Below are positions 36,730-50,229 of a stretch of 64,000 nucleotides of DNA, piece after piece. Position 1 is the first letter of the stretch. Every line of letters starts with the position of its first letter. The notes under the pieces were generated by a model that was not told the origin of the DNA, ran no database searches, and saw nothing but the letters and a program-made list of their open reading frames with translations. The translations under genes and the position numbers were made by a program. Source of the stretch: Centroscyllium fabricii (Eukaryota); assembly GCA_051313645.2 (NCBI GenBank), contig JBNRSN020000005.1:264740001-264804000 (forward strand). The letters run 5' to 3'.

Positions 36730-39676
36730 GCCAGGCAAAGCAGTGGAAAAGCAAGGTTATATCAGAAAAGTAAACACGGTCGCCGTTGCCACCCACAGTT
36801 TTATAGGTACATTTACAGCGGCTATAATCCGGCGCAATGTATGTGCCCGTCTGCAAGGCAGAGTGGGAATTGGACTTGTTGCTCTTAAAGGAAGGTATTG
36901 GGTTCCTGGAAATGACCGAAATGTACAAGAAACATACAACCCCGCTGCCCCTTGGTTGAACTGCTGTATTTATTTAATTCTAATCTGATTGCTCTTAAAT
37001 GTAATTACAGAACCACTAATAGCCTTTGCTCGAGAGTATGGCCATCATGAGCAATGGGCCGCCCCCGCCCGTTTCAGTGCCAGGTTATTACAATCCATTC
37101 CAAATAAACCCACTGATCAGTTCATACTTTGGCACATTTATACCTGTTGAAACAATGATGGACAGATACCCTCCGTTTCCCTGTGATTTTGCTGCTCCGA
37201 GTTGTTAACCCTTGCTGACCCGGTGTTTTCTACCGGGACTGGTCACATACGCGTCCCGGTCACCGAAACAGCCTCGGGTTTTGCCAACCTCTCACAAAAA
37301 ATGACAAATTGTGCAATTAAACAAGACACAGCTCAAATAAGGCGCATGCCCGGTGTTTTATTGAAGCTGTATATCTGTTTTCTAAAGCTCCTAATTTCAA
37401 CCTTTATTAGTATTTTTCTGGCAGTATTTAAGCCCACGGAATCCTATTTGCCGAGTGGCAAAGGGAAGGATTGCTTTGCAGGAAACGGGTCCCGAAATAG
37501 AATTGAGCGTTTACCGTGATGGGATGTTACAGAGAGACACTGGGCAATATTGCCGCCAGCGTTGCGATACAATGGAAGAAGAACCATTTGGACTTTTAGC
37601 TGGAAGTGGCCAATGCAAAAGTGTCCAGAATGACACGGCCAGCTGTCTCCAGTCCATCCAGATCCTCAAACAGGTGCTACGCTTCCTGAAGTTCAAGTAT
37701 CACCATCACTGTGTACAGCAGATCACTCGATACAGGGGGGAACATTCAGCCATCACATTCCGGCCTTTACAATGCAAATTATAATTGTGTGCAGACTAAT
37801 AAGTAATGAATATTGCTACCTGCACCGCTGATGGGGAGGGAGGTCACAATACTTACAGAGCTATTCAGTTGCTAATTGTCGGTTTGAGTTCCGTTTCAGT
37901 GAGAAGACGAGTCCCGTTCAATGTGTTTGCACGGCAAATGCGGCCTCTTACTAAACATCCCATTATAGTTAATCCTTCAGTTACACCCACTACTTATAAC
38001 TTTCTAAACAATGATTCAATCCGTTGTTCACATCAAATGAAACGTCGTTATATTTCACCATTCTGCAAATCTAATAATTGCAGAGAAGGTGATTGGCCAG
38101 AGGTGTTGTTCAGTCAGACACTCACTCAGCGAGGGATGAACTCGGCTTGTGTGTGGGAGGCAGTCTGACCGGTTTTCAATCACCAACTCAGATAACCAGA
38201 GGTTAATGCAATTGTTGAATTTATTACATAATAATTAGTATTGTATAAAATCATGACAGAATATAATCTCTTTTTATTGGCGGCTGCACATTCCCTGACA
38301 TTCAAAGTGTTCGGTTCACCAGGGCTGACCTAGTTTTACCAATGCTAAAATGTTAACGCGCAGTCTCTGTGAACGGAGGACTCAACCAGGAATCGCAGGA
38401 GGTGTTGTGCTCTGTGAATATTCAGCACTGGGGATGGTCTTATAGATGCGCCCTCCACAATACGCACTAAAATAGCTCCGATTGTGTTTCGCCCATTATC
38501 ACCTAGTTCCGATTGTCTGCAGAATAAAGATGTGTACCTGGAAGGCCTCAGACAGAATCCAACTCTGAGAATGACTGGAAGTTAACACAAGGTGATACAC
38601 AATGCCGCATCTCTTGTTCACTGGAACCCACCATTAAATGCCAGTTACACCGTCCCAAAGGCAGGCAGACTGTTGTATCGAGAGAAACACAATTCGAGTT
38701 TTAGACAGTGCTTTGTAAATGTGTTTTGAGATTCTTTATACGCAGTGAGTTGTTGTGATCTGGAATGCGCTGCCTGAGAGGGCGGCGGAAGCAGATTGAA
38801 CAGTAACTTTCAAGAGGAAATTGGATAAATACTTATAAAGGGAACATTGCCAGGGTCATGGGGAAAGAGCATGGATAGTGGGACCAGTATCAGAGAGCCG
38901 GCAGAGGCAATTGGGCCCAATCACCTTCTGAGCGATATGATTCTCTATGACTCTGATTCTATAAGTGCAGTTGCTAGTTGAAAATCACTCGATTGTGCTT
39001 TCACGAGTCGTGTGATTGTTGTACAGTGCGTCGCGGAGATCACTAGGATTTCGATCGCATATTCAAGAAATATGGCAATTTAATCCTTATTTATTATTCA
39101 GTAAAATAGTACCGGCGTGATGTATCTCTTGAAATACAGTGGAAGGTGGAGATGAGGTAGAAGATCCGCCATAATCGTACTGAATGGCGGAGCAGGTTCG
39201 AAGGGTCAAATGGCCGACACCTGCTCCTATTTCTTATGTTCTTATGAAATAGGTTTATCGCTGTTAAAATCTGGTTCGGATTAAGGTTTGTCGCTGTTAA
39301 AATTTGGTTCGGATTAAAGAATCTATTCCAACACGGGCTGAATTGCAGGTAGATGAAATGAACGGATGAAAGCCAGCACAAAAGGCAGGGGATTTGTGTA
39401 GTTAAGAGCAGTAAGACACAGCTGGGTCATGGTGCAGTTAGTGTTCCTCTTGTGCTAACACTGCAATACGTCTATTCCAAAATAATCGATTTACTATGCG
39501 CCATAGACCTGATCCAAGTGTAGCATTCCAATGTAGTAACTCATTTCACATTATTTAAGCAAACGCTTAAACTGCAGGGTTCTCATCCAAGCAAAACTTT
39601 CCCAAAGGCCAATGATTTCCGTGCGCCACATAGCAACTGTATTTTGGTGATATGTTAGAAACGGCTTTCGTTTAGA

Positions 39677-39929
39677 ATCATAGAATCCCTACAGTGCAGA
39701 TAGAGGCCATTTCGGCCCATCGAGCCTGCACCGACACATATCCCACCCTATCCCCGTAACCCCACATATTCAATCCCCCTAACACTAAGGGTCAATTTAT
39801 CCTGGCCAATCAACCTAACCCGCACATCTTTGGACTGTGGGAGGAAACTGGAGCACCCGGAGGAAACCCACGCAGACACGGGGAGAATGTGCAAACTCCA
39901 CACAGAGGCCGGATTTGAACCCAGGCCCC
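39677..39929 (-). mobile_element. HE1-type V-SINE, 5'-truncated
   Basis: Near-identical to the 33600 copy; flanked by taga (39673-39676, 39930-39933). Confidence 0.85.
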
Positions 39930-40721
39930 TAGATATAACTATCAGTGGCTGATGAGATAGCCATATTATAAATGGGAACTTTTACACTTAACTGTAACAA
40001 TTTTAACTCAAGCATAATTGGGAATGCGTTCGCCAGGATTCAATTGCAGATTCTCAAACTGTAATTTATAAACGTCTGCCTACCATAGTTAGTCAAATCT
40101 GTCTTTAAAAAGGTATACAGACGTTTCATTGTTCGGCATTCGGGCGGTGAGGCTGTTCTCTTTACAGAGCGGAATGGGCCAGTTATTTATTAATCAATGT
40201 TATGCTCATTCAGTTATGCTCGTTTGTTTGTTGGGTCCCAGCAGATGGCGTAATTATGGGTTACAGCGACAATTCATAACAATGATGATCTCTGAAGGCA
40301 GTCGCTTCCTTCGTGGACTGATAAGGAATGAAATTAGAGTTTGGCATTTAAAAAGTACCGTGCGGCCTTCATAGAGATTCGCACAACACGCGGTAATCTG
40401 CAGTATATATATTTTTTAAGGTATTTTGATTCATGTGATTGTATTAATGACAGATGATGTGTATTTTCCGAGCCCATTAATTGCAGGTGAACCTATTGAA
40501 TTCAGCTCGGTGATGTATTGTGTTGGCTCCTCTGTGACCTGGGTTAGCCTAGAGGTGAGGTGGGTGACTTTTCAGCCTATAAAAGTTAACACAATAATGT
40601 GTGATGTGGAGTTTGATGCCGGGGTTCCTGTGGATTGTCAGCTCCTATCTGCTCCCCTGGCAGGGGGACACATGTCTCTCCCCCCCCCACCCCCAGGCTT
40701 GTTCCCGTTGTCAGCCAGAGT

Positions 40722-40792
40722 TGACCGCGATCTGACCTAAAAGACGGACCGTGACATTTGTGTGAACTTTGGAAGAAACTTCGTCAAGTTCA
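40722..40792 (-). promoter_or_regulatory. Distal CYP26A1 RARE cluster (R2/R3-like DR5 pair plus half-site)
   Basis: Minus strand: AGTTCA cacaa ATGTCA (40768-40752) and AGGTCA gatcg CGGTCA (40738-40722); AGTTCA half-site on + at 40787-40792. Resembles the recalled mammalian distal pair AGTTCA-N5-ATGTCA / GGGTCA-N5-GGGTCA. Confidence 0.82.
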
Positions 40793-43700
40793 CTGTCCGT
40801 CAAACTAACAGAGTAGTGGGAGGGGGCGTTGGACGCAAGCCAGCGCCCAAATTCCTTATTATCTGATGCCCGCACTGATCTGAAGTTATTGCTTATCAGG
40901 AAAATCAAACCAGAGCGGCGTTGCTCAACCTCACTGCAGCAAACAGCCCAGAGCCGCGGCTGCTTTGTAAACTTGCCCATTTCTGCAGATGAACAAAGCC
41001 TGAGGTTCCACGCGCCTTGTTTAGCAATTGCGTTTTATATTCAAATAGTTTATTATAAAGAGAAGTGATTTCGCGGTTTCCTACGCCACATAGAACCGTC
41101 TTTCGTTTAGATTTAACTAACATATCACCAAAATGCAGTTGCTATCAGTGGCTGATGAGATAGCCATATTATAAATGGGTACTTTTACATTTAACTGTAA
41201 CAATTTTAACTCAAGCATAATTGGGAATGCGTTCGCCAGGATTCAATTGCAGATTCTCAAACTGTAATTTCTACACTTTTTTAATTTCCTACATTTCTTT
41301 AACTACGGTGTAGACTCCAATGTATAAAATCAACGAAGAATGCATCACCTCACACTTCTCTCTTAAATTTCATCTGCCACTTGCTTGCCCATTCTGCTAG
41401 CCTTTCTGTGTCCTGCTGCAGTCGATTGGCATCTTCTTCACTGTTTGCCACAACCCCAAGTTTGGTGTCATCGGCAAATTTAGAAATTCTACTTTGTATT
41501 CCAATATCCAGTATCTGTGTCTTTTAAAGTCATGTTGTAACCTAGTGATCTATGTTCATGGCAAACAGCTTTATGCGAGTGGCAAAATGTCAAAATAGTG
41601 TTTATAAGGTCTTGTTTATTTTCCCCCATATAGAGAGAGGTGCCTGTGGAATGTGGATGAGAGACTTTTGGACGTTGATTCTCATAACTTGCTCAAGTCT
41701 TAGTCAGTTTTTGCATTTCTTAGAAATTATAGTCCCCTGCGAGTAATGGTATGAGGAGACCCAGCTGGATATCACAAATCCTTAAATCATTTCCTTTCCT
41801 GGTACACATTGAGGCTGGAGTGATGTCATGAATGGAGATTTCAACCTACTGCCTGCAGTTGACTTGTGAGCAAAGTTAATCATCCAATGAATAAACCATT
41901 CATAAATCTAGATAGAGACCAACCCGTTTATGGCCACATTAGTAGATACGGTATTCCTGTATTTGTGGGTTACATTCCTGATGTCTAACTGAGCGCTCGT
42001 TTATAAAGTAGCCCAAACTTGTTGACACTCGTCACTAAGCTGAGAGCGATGAAGACCCTGGTTTGGTTTGTCTGTTTTATACAGAACTTGAAGGTCGGAC
42101 TTTGAAGAACAATCAAGAAGTATTTTGTAAATTCAACTGTTGACTTGGCCAACTATTGAAAATCTTGGCTATTAGGAACCAATGTATTCTATCGTGTGGC
42201 TAGCTGTGGAAGGGAAACTGTTGAAAACAGACTGGCAAAGGTAAAGTTTAGGATAGTTTGGTCACATGAAAGAGGAAATGATAATGAATTGGAGGTGGTG
42301 GCGTAGTGGTTATGTCACTAGATTAGCTAAATGCTCTGAGGATATGGGTTCAAATCCCACCACGGCAGCTGGTGAAATTTAAATTCAATTCAATTTAATG
42401 GGCGGCACGGTGGCATAGTGGTAGGGGCCTGGGTTCAAATGGCCTCTATCGGCACTGGATAGAGGCCATTTCTATGGGGAGAGGGGGGGGGGAGGAAATG
42501 TGTGGCTGCAGTGCTGGGAATATCGGCAGTGGGTCAGTTTACCTGATGGTAGAGTGCTCCCGGGGTTTTGTACCATGTGGGAACTTAGCTTCCATATCGC
42601 CCTGTTAAAAGGGCACAAGGTCAAAATATTTCGGCGGCAACAATGAAAATGCCTCACATGGCAAAATAAACTCAAACACGGCACTTCACCGAATGCAAAT
42701 ATGTAGGGAACAGATGACTGACCTCAGCACAGATATGCACATGTGTGTGGCTACACAAATATGACTGGGTCATATTTTATTTTTATGGTCCCCCCGCCCC
42801 CATCCATCCCATTTGTTTTCATTTTCATTCTTCTGCCCTCTGGTGGGTCCGATGTAAACCACTCACAGATGAGGATTTCAGGAGCCGGTATTACTTGCAT
42901 CCCACTGGCGGGTTCATCCCTGCCAAGTGCCAATATACTTTCTTGCTGACCGTGAGGATTCACCTTAATGGCAAGGTCACAAGGACACGTGCTTCTAGTT
43001 CAATGAAGGGTCAGCCAATAATACAGGCAATGTACACTCGTCCGCCAAACAAGGTCTACAATCCCAAACTAGCCGAGACCTGACACAGTACAAATCAGAA
43101 CGCACCGGTGAGAACAGCTCTTCATTACTGGCCAAGTTTTCTGGTCGGTAAAATGGTATTTTCACAAATATTTGTTATAGTAGTAAGTATTTCAACCCCC
43201 TCCTTTAACTTCGTGACAGTCCTCCACACGAGAAGTCATCAGGTTAATATATCAGTGATTGAGATGTTTGTTTTTGTGCCCTGATTTAAGAAATGCATCA
43301 ACTGCCCGCCCGATGTCCATTGAGTCCTTATAATGCTCGATATACTTCACATTTTACGGAATGCTCTTTTCTTTACAGTGTGCTATTGGCAAATTCTTGA
43401 GCTCCTGCTCAGTGACAGGTGTCAGCTTTCGAACTTGAAATGACATGTTCAGGGTTTTATATTTATGCTCCCACTGATCTGTTATCACTGTACTATATTA
43501 CGGATGGAATGGAAAGCTTCAATCAAAAGGCTTTTATTGCACTCATTTCGCAATTTTATTTTTCGAGTGACATTCTCGCCTCGGAGTCAGAAGGTTGTGG
43601 GTTCCAGCCCCACTCCAAACATTAAACCTCGGGTATAACAACAGAAAATATTGGAGTTGTTCCAGCATTTTCTGTTGTTATTTCGGATTTCCAGCACCTG

Positions 43701-44193
43701 CAGTATTTTGCTATCGAATTAAACATCGGGTGACATTTCAGTGAGGGAGTGTCGCATTGTCGATCTCTTGGCCCTATTTGAAGAAGAGCAGGCCAATTCT
43801 ATCAGGAGTCCTGGTCAATATTAATCCCTCAGCCAACATCATTAAAATAAAATAAATATCTGGTTGTGTATTTCATTGCGTTTGGGAGCTTGCTGTGCGC
43901 AAAGTGACTGCTGCTTTCCCCCGCATTACAACAGTGACTACACTTCCAATCTACTTCATTGGCTGTAAAGCGCCCGGAGGTCGTGAACTATAAATGCAAA
44001 TTCTTTCTTTAATTCCAAACACAATGTTCACACTACTGTGGATAGAGGGGTCGGCGATAATCTTGTAAGTATCGTATTGAAGAAAACGCAATGCTGGCAC
44101 TAGACGGACAAGATTGTCTAATTTACCTCGAAGAACAAATTGTCAGTTAAGAGATTCAGGTAGAGTGATTATCCGTGGCTATTAAACAGAAGC

Positions 44194-44373
44194 AAGAAGT
44201 CACACAACACCAGATTATAGTCCAACGGTTTTATTTTAAATCACAAGCTTTCGGAGCGCTGCTCCTTCCTCGCCCGAAAGCTTGTGGTTTAAAATAAAAC
44301 CGTTGGACTATAATCTGGTGTTGTGTGACTTCTTGCATTTGTCCACCCCAGTCCAACACCGGCACCTCCACAT
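44194..44373 (+). mobile_element. Fold-back Penelope-type terminus insertion (family B)
   Basis: About 70-bp inverted arms; 12-bp TSD ttaaacagaagc at 44182-44193 and 44374-44385; tail tttgtccaccccagtccaacaccggcacctccaca. Confidence 0.82.
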
Positions 44374-46252
44374 TTAAACAGAAGCGCAATCTTAATTTAT
44401 TTTACTTTTGAGTGCAAAGTATAAGAACGGGGTCGAATTTATTATTCTCTTGGCGGACATTGTGATCAATTTAAACTAAATTACAGTCGTTTGATGATTG
44501 CAAATGGTGTAATTATATGTTAAACGGTAACGTTTGCTGTCTGTTTATCTACAAGTTTGAAGTAAATCCAAAAGCTAGATGATTATGTCTTGGAAGCTGC
44601 TTTCTGATGAGCGGTGTTTTGAGTGATTGCTGACTGTACGGAAACCAATTCAGGCCAAGTATTCATTTCTGTTCGCCTCCTCTGAAGGTAATCAATATTT
44701 TTGCAGTTTTGAACAGTCTGTACATTCCTAAATTTGCAAATACGAATTTTTCCGTTTGTTTACCTAACTATTCTATTTCATCGGCAGGATATTTAATGGA
44801 CTTTTTATTTTAAAAGGTAAAATACGCCTGGAAAAAGATAGAATGTTGTATGGTCGGTATTCCGAAGAAAGTGTGTTAAATATATCCGTCATAGTTCCAC
44901 TGTGACTCCAAACGGCGAATTCCCCGCCATCCAATAGTCCAACAATCACCGCCCACGATCTCGCCTGGAATGTGAAAGTTCAGTTCTAGGGACTAAACTG
45001 CAAGATTTCACAGGAGGTTCATGATTCGAATACTGGATACTTTACTGCAGGTTCAAAACAAAGATTCGCGGAAACGCCTGACAAATCTCAGCAAAGCCCA
45101 AGTTGTACATTCCAACGGTTATTTCATCGTGTAATTGCCTCAAGCGATATAATATTTCATTATTTACGAAGTTGTATTAAAGAAAAAAACAACTCCAGTA
45201 CCAACAGAGACAGGTCATCTAGGCGACAGCAAATGTGAAGAATCAGTCTTCATTCAACTGGACTGATGGTGCAGGTTTCCAACACATAAGGAAACATGTG
45301 TACAACAAATCATTGAAATGGTTAGAAAACTCCGCCACGTCTTACACCAATGCATGATTTAAATAATGAATGTCAGATAACATCAGGACATTCAGTCACA
45401 AAAATTACGCAAACGTATTATTGTAGTAACAAAACTCAAGTCCCAGACAAACCACAGCAAATAGCGAGTGTTACTTTTGGATCTCGTCACTGAAATATTG
45501 TGGAATTTTATAATAAATCAGATCGCAATCAAAGCAAGTACAGTAGGCTCACTGTGGGGTGATGGTTACTTGCACATTTATAACATGCCCACACTTGCTA
45601 GGCAATTGCATCGATTTGCCAGTAATACTGCCGATGAGAGTCTAAGTGTCGAGCTGGCCTAATTCCGCCGCTGATTTAATTTCCATCCTAATTAAAATTA
45701 CTGCTCCTCATTTGCCCCTGCTGCCTCGGTGGGAAAATGGGCCAATTGGTTTGGTACCGCGCAGACCAGGGCGGACATCTTGTCCATGTTCAATTAGCCG
45801 ACCTAAGGCCAGTGGGAGTGGCCCTGCTGTAACTGGCCTCAGGGATGCGAGGCTCAGGTAGGGGAATCTCTCTTGCTCCCAGTGAACCCAGCAAACATGT
45901 ATGTCCCTTTGTGGACAGCCGCTGTGGACAGTGGAGTCACCATGGCCCGCCGACAATCGCTGGGCTGACACATGAAGAGTGACCACACGAGTCCTTGTTC
46001 CCCCATGGCTGTGTGTGACCGGGTCTGATGTAGAGCCGTGTAGGCAACAGAGTCCCCTGATCGGGACTTGCCCGGTGAGCTGAGCTCAGCAAGGCAGCTG
46101 GGTGCGGCAATTGCCCCCAGGTCCCCGGGCTAGGGAGGAGAAACACCAGGCAGTGTTTCTGATATTGATCATTATCCAGTATCCCCTGCTGGAAAGTGTG
46201 TAAATAGAGTGGGCACAAGGCCACACTTGGTTGAGATACCTTCCAGAAAGAG

Positions 46253-46822
46253 TCATAGAGGCACAGAAGGAGGCCATTCGGCCCATCAAGTCCATGTCAG
46301 CTCTCTGTGGGGCAACCCAGTCAGTCCCATTCCCCCACTCTATCCCCATAGCCTCGCAAGTTTATTTCCCTCAAGTGCCTATCCAGTCTTCCCTTGAAAA
46401 CATTGAGTGTCTCCGCTTCCACCGCTTCCGTCAGCAGCGAGTTCCAGGTCCTCACCACTCGCTGCGTAAAAAAGTTTTTTCTCACATCCCCCCTGTATCT
46501 CTTGCCCAAAACCTGAAACCTGTGTCCCCTGGTCCTTGTACCATCAACTAGTGGGAACAGCCTTTCCTCGCTTAGTCTATCCAAACCCGTCATAATCTTG
46601 TACACCTCTATCAAATCACCCCTCAACCTCCTTTGCTCTAATGAAAACAAATTTAGCTTCTCCAACCTGTCCTTGTGGCTACGATTCCCCATCCCCGGAA
46701 CCATTCTGGTAAATCTCCTCTGCACCCTCTCAAGGGCCTTCACATCCTTCCTAAAGTGTGGTGACCAGAACTGGATGCAATACTCCAGCTGTGGCATAAC
46801 CAGCGCTTTATAAAGGTTCAGC
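46253..46822 (-). mobile_element. CR1 LINE 3' fragment, little decayed
   Basis: 167-aa open frame LYKALVMPQLEYCIQFWSPHFRKDVKALERVQRRFTRMVPG... Confidence 0.9.
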
Positions 46823-46834
46823 ATTTTTATAAAA

Positions 46835-47251
46835 GAGTTGCATTTATATAGTGCCTTTCACCACCTCAGGACGTCTCAAAACGCTTTCCAGCCAATGACA
46901 TTGTAGTCAGCAGCCAATTTGCACTCAGCAAGCTCCCACAAACAGCAATGTGATAATGACCAGATAATTTTGTTTTAGTGATGTTCATTGAGACATAGAT
47001 GTTGACCAGGATAGGGGACAACTCCCCTGCTCTTTTTCAAAATAGTGCCACAAGACCTTTGTCCACTTGAGAGAGCAGACGGGCCTCGGTTTAATGTCTC
47101 ATCCAAAAGATGGTACCTCCGACAGTGCAGCACTCCTTCAATACTGCACTGAAGTGTCTGCCTAGATTTTATGCTCAAGCCTCTGGAGTGGAACTTGAAC
47201 CCACAACCTCCTGACTCAGGGGCTACAGTGCAACACTGAGCCACAGCTGAC
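46835..47251 (-). mobile_element. Deu-domain SINE (SacSINE1-like)
   Basis: Minus: tRNA head GGGTTCAAGTTCC, Deu core GTGCTGCACTGTCGGAGGT..CTTTTGGATGAGAC, L2-like tail GGCACTATATAAATGCAA. Confidence 0.8.
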
Positions 47252-47276
47252 ACACGAATAATAAATCCAATGGACA

Positions 47277-47590
47277 GGCGGCACGGTGGCATAGTGGTTA
47301 GCACTGTTGCCTCACAGCGCTAGGGGCTCGGGTTCAAATCCGGCCTCGGGTGACTATCTGTGTGGAGTTTGCACATTCTCCCCGTGTCTGCGTGGGTTTC
47401 CTCCGGGTGCTCCGATTTCCTCCCACAGTCCAAAGATGTGCGGGTTAGATTGATTGGCCATGATAAATTGACCCTTAGTGTTAGGGGGTTAAATATGTGG
47501 GGTTACGGGGATCGGGTGGGATATGTGTCGGTGCAGGCTCGATGGGCCGAAATGACCTCTACCTGCACTGTAGAGATTCTATGATTCTAT
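47277..47590 (+). mobile_element. HE1-type V-SINE, full length
   Basis: A/B boxes, V-domain, ATTCTATG tail. Confidence 0.88.
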
Positions 47591-48799
47591 GGTCTCGTGT
47601 AATAACTCCACCCTGACCCCTCCGAACTGCCCTCTCAGTGGAATTAAGTAAAAACTCTCAGATTTGAGTTAGATTTATGGTTCAATGTTGGATTAGGTTC
47701 AGAGTTAAGATTCAGTTCCTGATTAAGAATTATTTTATTGTACTGAATGGAGAGAGTTGATTTCAACGCCAGGGTGAATCTGTGTTGGGACCCATTCCCC
47801 GGCTGCGTATGGGCGGTGATATCTCATGACACTGGCACTGGATGGCGTGGCTCCCGGATGAAGAACCATCACTTGACTGCGGTGACAGAAGGCTGCTATT
47901 TACAGGAAGTGGGAAATGGGAAAAATAAACAGTCTGCATTTCCTCCTGGAGTCGCATTCACATGAGAAAAGCTTTTACAGTTCACCAGCGAGCGAATGAT
48001 AGAGATGAAGGCTGTGGGTATATTCTATTCGTAGAATTTCAGATTTAAAAAAACACCACAAAGGGACAATCAGTTTCATTCACCTTAACGATAGGTTTTA
48101 ATGTCTCCATATCAGAGCTCACACAGTACCATTCCATTAGGTTTGAAATAAAATCAGTCTCCATTTTGTAAATAAAAACCAACAGCTCTGTTTCCGAACA
48201 AAAGATTCCACATACAACTTTAAAACTGCAACACCTGATCCCAAGCGGGGCTCAAGCAGTGCTTTAAAAACATGTTCTTATTCTTTCACATTTATTCATG
48301 AATTTTAACACAACACACACCGACAGCATTTGCAACATCACAACCACATTGTCACAAGATGTGAATGGGGGAATCTACCACACATGGCAAAAAAGACTTT
48401 AATAACACGTGACGATTTATCATACATAATACAGGTGGGTATGCATCGCTAACTGTCCAAGCAGAGAATGATATTTATCATTTGGGAACTGCGGACAGGA
48501 TACTTCTGCTAAAGGTTAGATGGCGAATATGTGGCAGTGAAGTAGCACAAGATAACTGTCAGTAAGAATTTAAAAAAATCCTAAAAGGGTAACTTAGATT
48601 CCCGAGTGATGCTCGGTGACAATAGTTGATGAATTTTTGGCATGTCTGTTTGTTTACATTTGTGGGGTGCTGTAAATAAATACTGGCCCATGTGCTATAT
48701 AACAGTCCTTTCATTGTTCTAAAAGGACAAATATTATCACATATGCTTGAAACCTAAATTCCATTCAACACTGTGGCTGGTTTTAAATGTAAATCACGT

Positions 48800-49150
48800 C
48801 CACCTGCCTCACATCCTCTCCACCTAAATCCTCACACAGTCCATCTCTCCACCTCACTCCCCTTCCACAATCCTCAGTGTCCATCTCTCCATCTCAATCC
48901 TCATACAATCCATCTCTCCATCTCACTCCACACACAATCCAACTCTTCACCTCACTCCCCTTCCAAAATCCTCAGTGTCCACCTCTGCACCTCCCTCCCC
49001 TTCTACAATTCTCACATTGTGCACATCTCCATCTCAATCCTCACACAATCCATCTCTCCAACTCACTCCCCTTCCACAATCCTCACAGCCCATCTCTCCA
49101 CCTTACTGTCCTCTCTTTTTATATAATCTTCACACTGTCCATTCTCTTCC
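48800..49150 (+). repeat. Degenerate pyrimidine-rich tandem repeat downstream of the CYP26C1 stop
   Basis: Recurring tcctcacaca.tccatctctcca.ctcactccccttccacaa modules. Confidence 0.75.
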
Positions 49151-49860
49151 TCCCACTTAACCCAACTTTTGCTTCACAGAATTCCGGTTCACTGTTCTAA
49201 CCTGACCCGAGTAACACCCACCGTCCAAAAGGCCTCTCACACTTCATGTTGATTACAGTATCCATTAACCCTTTTTCTGCTGGTTGAAGAATTAAGTGAC
49301 ACACATTCTGAAAAACTGAACAAAAGAAGGCAATCTGGTAAAGTCCTCGATATGATAACCAGCCATTCCTGCGGTAAAACCCAGCAGAAATACCAAATTT
49401 CAAAGCGGGGAGGAATTCATTCTCAAGCTATCAGCCAGTTGCTCGATAATTGTGTTGGAAAACTGTGAATCTGGTCTTTAGTTCATAACTGTACCTTCAG
49501 AAAATGAGTACATTCTGATGTTTAAGTGCATAGATTAAGGATAGTGTTTTGCAATGGTTTATATGGGGCTCGCAGTATTCAAATGTATCTTGAATTATGG
49601 AAGAACCCATGTAAAGGTTCGATAATACTAGGATAGGAAAAGCTATCAGAAAAAGGCTTTTCACTGCTATAATCAAAAAGGGTTAGCAGTGGGCATTTTA
49701 ACAAAGTTTGGTGCCACTCAACACTAAGTAGCGGTTGGTGTTTACCTTTCGTGAAAAATCGTCTGGCGTAGAATTGACCCTGCTGTATGAAGTCACGGTA
49801 AGTGGGCATCAGCCAGGTCCCACCGCACAATGCGATGCATTTTGCTTTGTCCTTTTATTC

Positions 49861-50229
49861 TTATTCTTTTATGGGGATGTTATTCCCTTTTCCATCCATG
49901 CGATGAAACCGAACCTTCAGCCCATCGACAGGGTGCACAACCGGGACAGTTTGCATCTTGGGGTAGACGGTGCTGGCCAGCTCCCAGCGCGCTGTGCTGC
50001 TCAGTTCCATCGCCAGTGTTTTGAGGATCACCTGTGCTAGCTCTTTCCCTATGCAGCTCCGAACACCCCCTCCAAAGGGCAAGTAATTGAATCTCCCCGC
50101 TTTGCTCTCGTCCCGCTCGGGTCCAAACCGATCGGGGTCGAAAGTGTCTGGGTTGAGATAGACGGCGGCCGTCTCTTGTGTATCACGAATGCTGTATATA
50201 ATACTCCAGCCTTTGGGAATCTGGCATCC
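49861..50229 (-). CDS. CYP26C1: CYP26C1 last coding exon (heme-binding motif, stop)
   Basis: ttcccag|GGA; GCQIPKGWSIIYSIRDTQETAAVY...FGGGVRSCIGKELAQ...TARWELA...MQTVPVVHPVDGL...IKE*. Upstream exons not found in 55286-64000. Confidence 0.93.
   Translation of the reverse strand, partial: GCQIPKGWSIIYSIRDTQETAAVYLNPDTFDPDRFGPERDESKAGRFNYLPFGGGVRSCIGKELAQVILKTLAMELSSTARWELASTVYPKMQTVPVVHPVDGLKVRFHRMDGKGNNIPIKE

Noticed and set aside
47277-47350. tRNA gene (A and B boxes)
   Set aside because: It is the tRNA-derived head of a V-SINE, followed by the V-domain and LINE tail; same for 33840-33909 and 42295-42440.
47734-49859. CYP26C1 poly(A) signal
   Set aside because: Several minus-strand AATAAA (49854-49859, 48291-48296, 47734-47739); cannot choose among them.
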